Source of the DNA: an uncultured Acidobacteriota bacterium
Lineage (GTDB): Bacteria; Acidobacteriota; Terriglobia; Acidiferrales; UBA7541
Length of the DNA: 40,000 nt
NCBI GenBank assembly: GCA_963811805.1
Contig: CAWESU010000003.1
Location: 324,435 to 364,434 of the forward strand
Direction of reading: 5' to 3'
The translations under genes and the position numbers were made by a program. The notes beneath the pieces were generated by a model, which saw nothing but the letters and a program-made list of their open reading frames with translations, did no database searches and was not told the origin of the DNA. Below are positions 35,711 to 40,000 of the stretch, piece by piece (within the stretch, counting starts at the first letter, position 1; each line of letters begins with the position of its first letter).

Positions 35711-36202
35711 TTGAGAAGAAAGGTACAAATTCGCGATCCGATTGCGGCACATCAGCGCAAAGCCGTTGCCGTGCGCCGCGTTGGATTTGATGCGCAATGC
35801 GCGTGCGGCGAATCGCGGCCTGAAGCACTTTTGAGCGGAAGTAATCCGGCCATCTGCGCTGCTTGTGATCGGAAGCGACGCGGCAAGGCAACGCTGGATC
35901 GCCATCACATCGCGGGCAAGTCGAACAGCGCGGTCACAATTCCAATTCCTGTTAACGATCATCGCGCCCGACTCAGCGCCGATCAACACGATTGGCCGAA
36001 GCAAACGCTGGAAAATCCGAACGGCAGTCCGCTACTGGCTGCCGCTGCATCACTCCGGGGATATTCGGATACAACCATCTATCTCCTCGAAACGTTACTG
36101 CATCCCGAAATGCTCGAAGCACTGGATGCGCTCTTGATACAAAAGCTCGGCCCGGAATGGTGGATTGGTACGCCGATGGAAAAATATGCGCAGAGACGAT
36201 AA
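35711..36202 (+). CDS. HNH-like zinc-finger nuclease domain protein
   Basis: CACGE...CAACDRKRRGKATLDRHHIAGKSNSAVTIPIPVNDHRARL fits a Cys4 knuckle plus the HH...N...H layout of the HNH/His-Me finger. TTG start abuts the upstream stop. 3' end overlaps the PolB-2 start. Confidence 0.5.
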   Translation: MRRKVQIRDPIAAHQRKAVAVRRVGFDAQCACGESRPEALLSGSNPAICAACDRKRRGKATLDRHHIAGKSNSAVTIPIPVNDHRARLSADQHDWPKQTLENPNGSPLLAAAASLRGYSDTTIYLLETLLHPEMLEALDALLIQKLGPEWWIGTPMEKYAQRR

Positions 36203-39200
36203 CCACAAACCGAGCAAGGCTTTACTTCCGCTCGCTGTCCGCATCTACCCGGAACCCGAAAAGCCGAAGCAAGAACAGCGAGCTGATCGCCCGCTGCGGC
36301 ACTGGCGTTGTCCAGATGCGATGCTGGTTTTCGACACGGAAACGAGAACCGACGCAACCCAGCGGCTTACTTTTGGCAGTTACCGATTTCTTGTTGCAGG
36401 GCAATGTCGCGAAGAGGGCTTGTTCTATGCTGATGATTTACCGGCGAGAGACCTAGCGATCCTCAAGGATTACATTGCGAGACATAAAGCCGATGTCGCA
36501 GACAGCAAGGCGGAGCTTCGCTTGCTCACGCTTTCCGAATTCTTGGATAAGTTCTATCGGGCTGCGTACAAATCTCGCTGCTTGCTTGTGGGATTTAATC
36601 TTCCGTTCGACTTATCGCGCATTGCCGGGGACGTTGCACCGGCTCGCGGTCGTTTCGCAGGCGGCTTTTCATTGGGACTCTGGTTTTATACTGATAAGTC
36701 GGGACGGAAACGACGGCATCAAAATCGGCCCCGAATCGGAGTCAAACAGATTGACGGCAAGCGGGCACTGAAGGGATTCACTGGGCAGAATAATCCTGAC
36801 AAATCAGACCTGATCCCCGAAGGTTCGGAAACCGGCGGTGCACCTGAAGATGGCTATAAGTTTCGAGGCCACTTTCTCGACTTGCGCACGCTCGCGTTTG
36901 CGCTGACAGATCAGAGCTACTCCCTCGAATCCGCGTGCGAAGCATTCGGTGTCGAACATGGAAAACAACGTGCCTCTCGGCACGGCGAGGTCACAGAAGA
37001 ATATATTGATTACAACCGGCGCGACGTTCTGGCCACGTCAGAATTAGCTGAAAAGCTTTCCCCAGAATACGAAAGGCACAGACTGTCACTTCAGATAACG
37101 AAAGCATATTCACCCGCTTCCATCGGAAAGGCATATCTGCGAGAAATGGGCATTGAGCCGATTCTCAAAAGGCAGCCGGACTTTCCCAAGAAATATCTTG
37201 GCTTTGCGCAATCGGCATTTTTCGGCGGGAGAACCAGCGCACATATCCGCAAAGTTCCCGTCCCAGTCGTTTACACCGATTTTCTTTCGATGTATCCGAC
37301 AGTGAACAGCTTAATGCGGCTGTGGCGGTTTGTGATCGCTCGCGAAATTAAGGTTGTTGAACATTGCGAAAGAGAAACCACCCGTTTTCTGGAAGAAATA
37401 AAAAATAATCCCCCTTGCTTGTTCGATCCTCATACGTGGGAACGGTTAACCGCCTTTGTGAAAGTCATTCCCGATGGCGATATTCTGCCAACCCGGAGCA
37501 AATACAATGCGGCCAGCAATGATTGGCAAGTGGCCGTGAATTATCTTTACGCGGGAGAGCACAAAGCAAATAAAGCTCTATGGTTTTCTCTTCCCGATGT
37601 AATTGCTTCCGTGCTCCTAAGCGGCAAGATTCCGACAGTCGTAAATGCATTTCGCATTGAAGCGCATGGCGTTCTTGATGGATTAGAGCCAACAAAGCTG
37701 TACGGAGCAATTGAAGTTGATCCACGAAAGCAGGATTTCTTCAAAAGAGTAATTGAAGAAAGAAAGCGGCTTGGTTTTCAATCGAACGTCTCCCCCAATG
37801 AGAAAAAGAAACTCGATAAGGCATTGAAAGTTCTTGCGAATGCTACCAGCTACGGAATCTATGCGGAAATGAACCGGCAAGAGTCAGATCACAAAAACAT
37901 TAGGGTGAAATGTCACGGGATAGATGCAGAGCCTTTCACCTGCTCCGTTGCTCACCCTGATGATCCCGGCGAGTATTGTTTTCCGCCGATGGCTTCCCTG
38001 ATAACCGGAGCAGCCCGGCTGATGCTCGCATTATTGGAGTACTCCGTCACAAAGCTGGGTGGCACATACGCTATGGAAGATACCGATTCAATGGCGATTG
38101 TAGCGACTGAGAACGGCGGAATGATTCTATGCCCCGGCGGTTCTCTCAAAACAAACAATGACCGCAAAGTGGTAAGAGCACTATCTTGGAAGCACGTTCA
38201 GCAAATCGCGGATCGTTTCGCTGCTTTGAATCCGTATGCAAATGATGCAGTACCGGGATCAGTCCTCAAACTCGAAGAGGATAATTTTGATCCGGTAACA
38301 CACAAACAGCGCCAGCTTCACTGCCTCGCAATTTCTGCAAAGCGATATGCACTTTTTCTGTGCAATTCAAAGGGCGAGCCTGTTCTTCTTCGAGACGGAA
38401 TCAATAACCGTGCCGACAGGTGGTCAGAACACGGTCTAGGCCATCTTTTGAATCCAATGGACTTGGAAAATGAGGATCGCAACTGGATCGCGCAAACTTG
38501 GCTGAACATCATTCGCAAAGCTCTTGGATTATCGGCCAAACGGTTAAATTTTGAGAATTGTCCCGCAGTAGGCCGAATCACCGTGAGCAGTCCTGCCGTC
38601 ATGCTTCCGTTAAACAAAATAAATCAACGAAAGAATTATGCAAATCAAATTAAACCATTCAATTTTCTTTTATCGTGTCACGTGAAGCAGCTTGGCCATC
38701 CCATCGGCAGTGATCCTGAGCATTTTCATTTAATCGCGCCGTATGAATCCGATTCAAAACGATGGACAGCAATCGAATGGATAGATCAATACACCGGAAA
38801 AAGGTACAGAATCACAACAACTGAACCACACGGAAACCGGCACACGGCGCGCGTGAAAACGTATGGAGATGTTCTAATCGAATATGAATTTCACGCCGAA
38901 ACAAAGAATGCAGATAAAGAGGGGAATCCATCTGGAAAACAAACTATCGGCCTTTTGCAGCGGCGGTATGTTCAAATAGACCAAATCAAATACATCGGAA
39001 AAGAATCCAATAGCATAGAAGATGTCGAATCAGGATTGGCGCATTCCGAAGCCGATGTTTACACGCACTATCCCGATCCCCGGCGCGATGAGTGGGAAAT
39101 AAAGATTAAGCCCGCTTTGAGAAAAGCCGCGCTGTCCGTTCTGGAGAAAGAAACGGGCCTTTCCCGCCGAACTCTCATTTATGCGCGGACGGGTAAGCGC

Positions 39201-39263
39201 AAGCCACACCAAAAACACCGGAAATTGCTGGTTTCGGCTCTCCGAAAACTGAACCTTATCTGA
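36186..39263 (+). CDS. family B DNA polymerase with intact exonuclease and polymerase motifs, protein-primed-like architecture (PolB-2)
   Basis: ExoI LVFDTET, ExoII VGFNLPFDL, ExoIII YIDYNRRDV, pre-A FFGGR, motif A YTDFLSMYPT, motif B KVLANATSYG, motif C AMEDTDSMA, KxY ISAKRYAL. A C-terminal extension of about 290 aa ends in HTH-like ETGLSRRTLIYARTGKRK. Start is ATG 36186 or TTG 36165. Confidence 0.85.
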   Translation: MRRDDNHKPSKALLPLAVRIYPEPEKPKQEQRADRPLRHWRCPDAMLVFDTETRTDATQRLTFGSYRFLVAGQCREEGLFYADDLPARDLAILKDYIARHKADVADSKAELRLLTLSEFLDKFYRAAYKSRCLLVGFNLPFDLSRIAGDVAPARGRFAGGFSLGLWFYTDKSGRKRRHQNRPRIGVKQIDGKRALKGFTGQNNPDKSDLIPEGSETGGAPEDGYKFRGHFLDLRTLAFALTDQSYSLESACEAFGVEHGKQRASRHGEVTEEYIDYNRRDVLATSELAEKLSPEYERHRLSLQITKAYSPASIGKAYLREMGIEPILKRQPDFPKKYLGFAQSAFFGGRTSAHIRKVPVPVVYTDFLSMYPTVNSLMRLWRFVIAREIKVVEHCERETTRFLEEIKNNPPCLFDPHTWERLTAFVKVIPDGDILPTRSKYNAASNDWQVAVNYLYAGEHKANKALWFSLPDVIASVLLSGKIPTVVNAFRIEAHGVLDGLEPTKLYGAIEVDPRKQDFFKRVIEERKRLGFQSNVSPNEKKKLDKALKVLANATSYGIYAEMNRQESDHKNIRVKCHGIDAEPFTCSVAHPDDPGEYCFPPMASLITGAARLMLALLEYSVTKLGGTYAMEDTDSMAIVATENGGMILCPGGSLKTNNDRKVVRALSWKHVQQIADRFAALNPYANDAVPGSVLKLEEDNFDPVTHKQRQLHCLAISAKRYALFLCNSKGEPVLLRDGINNRADRWSEHGLGHLLNPMDLENEDRNWIAQTWLNIIRKALGLSAKRLNFENCPAVGRITVSSPAVMLPLNKINQRKNYANQIKPFNFLLSCHVKQLGHPIGSDPEHFHLIAPYESDSKRWTAIEWIDQYTGKRYRITTTEPHGNRHTARVKTYGDVLIEYEFHAETKNADKEGNPSGKQTIGLLQRRYVQIDQIKYIGKESNSIEDVESGLAHSEADVYTHYPDPRRDEWEIKIKPALRKAALSVLEKETGLSRRTLIYARTGKRKPHQKHRKLLVSALRKLNLI

Positions 39264-39277
39264 ACTGACTCCCCCTA

Positions 39278-39511
39278 TTATGTAGCGTATTTACAATTTC
39301 CATTCCGGGCCACAGCAGGAAGTATTCCGGTTGTGCGCCGTCCCGGACACCCCGCGAATCGGCATGGCACAAGTTCCTGCTTCTGCAACTGGCGAAGATA
39401 GCTAGACATCGAACGCGGAAAACGGTAGCGCACCGCATCCCGATATGGAACAAGAATCGCTAGTCTCTTCGCTTGATTAACATTTGTCGCAGCCGAATAA
39501 ACCGTTCCCAA
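39278..39511 (-). CDS. possible AlpA/excisionase-like HTH protein (weak)
   Basis: YRFPRSMSSYLRQLQKQELVPCRFAG loosely resembles the AlpA/MerR-type HTH (..sRStiYrl...g.fP.p.k.G). TTG start, no RBS seen, and it overlaps the candidate right inverted repeat. Confidence 0.2.
   Translation of the reverse strand: MGTVYSAATNVNQAKRLAILVPYRDAVRYRFPRSMSSYLRQLQKQELVPCRFAGCPGRRTTGILPAVARNGNCKYAT
39307..39326. repeat. right arm of candidate terminal inverted repeat
   Basis: GGGCCACAGCAGGAAGTATT, whose reverse complement is AATACTTCCTGCTGTGGCCC. It lies 43 nt after the PolB-2 stop. Confidence 0.3.
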
Positions 39512-39631
39512 GCGACACCTGTACGGGAGTCCAGCTTACCCTTCAGGCATAAATCCTACTGAAAATGCCGCCTCAACGCCAAGCACCCTCACAATTGTGC
39601 ATATCGCTGAAACCCAAAGGAGAAGATCCAA

Positions 39632-40000
39632 ATGAAGGCAATAGCACTGGCAACGACAATTATCATTTTCGTAATTGCTCCCTCTGCGTTCGCAGATCAT
39701 AGCAAGACAGTTCCCATGACTTGCGAAGCGGCCATCCATGAAGCAGAAGCCGTGGTCGTCGCGCAAAAACACGGTTACAAGGAACCCGGCCCACAAGACA
39801 TGGTTCTAAAAATCACTAGCTCCAATGTCGGCAAAACCGTGGGAGCGGCGGTGATCTTTCCGCCAGCCTTACTTTGGTCGCACCCGAAATTCGGCGCACT
39901 GACGTTCAGCGCATCAACAGATGGAAAATCGTGCATCGTCAAATCCACTGGTCAACCAGCGGATCAGGCGCTCAAGGATTGGGACAAAGACAGTAACTAG
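39632..40000 (+). CDS. hypothetical small secreted protein
   Basis: AAGGAGAAG RBS. Signal peptide MKAIALATTIIIFVIAPSAFA. Stop TAG at 39998-40000. Confidence 0.6.
   Translation: MKAIALATTIIIFVIAPSAFADHSKTVPMTCEAAIHEAEAVVVAQKHGYKEPGPQDMVLKITSSNVGKTVGAAVIFPPALLWSHPKFGALTFSASTDGKSCIVKSTGQPADQALKDWDKDSN

Larger units (their letters stand above)
29048..39326. mobile_element. candidate casposon-like self-synthesizing element (boundaries tentative)
   Basis: Eight genes including Cas1, two PolB genes and an HNH-like gene. Lower GC than the core. Bracketed by an imperfect inverted repeat (29048-65 and 39307-26). No TSD seen. Confidence 0.35.

Noticed and set aside
29981-39263. The idea that the two PolB genes are recent duplicates
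   Set aside because: Apart from the universal family B motifs, the two proteins share no obvious sequence similarity. They differ in length, exonuclease status and A-B motif spacing, so they represent different PolB lineages.
39256-39453. 65-aa minus-strand ORF downstream of PolB-2
   Set aside because: It has no RBS or motif, and it overlaps both the alternative 77-aa ORF and the candidate right inverted repeat. The 77-aa frame has a weak HTH resemblance and was kept only at low confidence.

Overview
The window is a bacterial chromosome segment. Gene content and dispersed repeat families suggest an Acidobacteriota-like soil bacterium, but that is inference only. It splits into two parts.

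(1) About 1-20.3 kb is a GC-rich core; a hand count of nt 13021-13080 gives 39/60 G+C. It is dedicated to heme and cytochromes:
- the ccmH tail, two membrane proteins sharing a C-terminal motif, ccmA-B-C-D and hemH;
- an operon of Rieske protein, split cytochrome b, a 1080-aa octaheme cytochrome c and a cupredoxin lipoprotein;
- a VOC protein, ctaA, ctaB and DUF420;
- then a low-GC LRR gene, a HEAT-repeat protein, an IscA/ErpA-type protein and nadE.

(2) About 20.3-40 kb is an accessory region of visibly lower GC; hand counts give 31/60 at nt 30001-30060 and 27/60 at nt 37321-37380. It contains:
- a cluster of REP/MITE-like repeats;
- a roughly 1213-codon IPT/TIG beta-propeller lipoprotein gene split by a 1433-bp IS256-family element with a 7-8 bp target duplication;
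- two secreted proteins and a DUF72 gene;
- the most interesting part, a roughly 10.3-kb eight-gene module at 29.05-39.33 kb.

The module encodes:
- a P-loop-less RecA/RadB-like protein, a small protein and an exonuclease-dead divergent B-family polymerase;
- on the opposite strand, an orphan 380-aa protein and a Cas1 homolog with intact catalytic residues plus a C-terminal zinc ribbon;
- an HTH protein, an HNH-like protein and a second, fully motif-intact 1032-aa B-family polymerase of protein-primed-like architecture.

No cas2, other cas genes or CRISPR array occur anywhere in the window. I read this as a casposon-like self-synthesizing element, or a derivative, with an unusual two-polymerase gene set. 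A candidate 18-20 nt imperfect inverted repeat brackets exactly these eight genes, but I saw no target-site duplication, so the boundaries remain unproven. All functional calls rest on motif recognition by eye; no searches were run.
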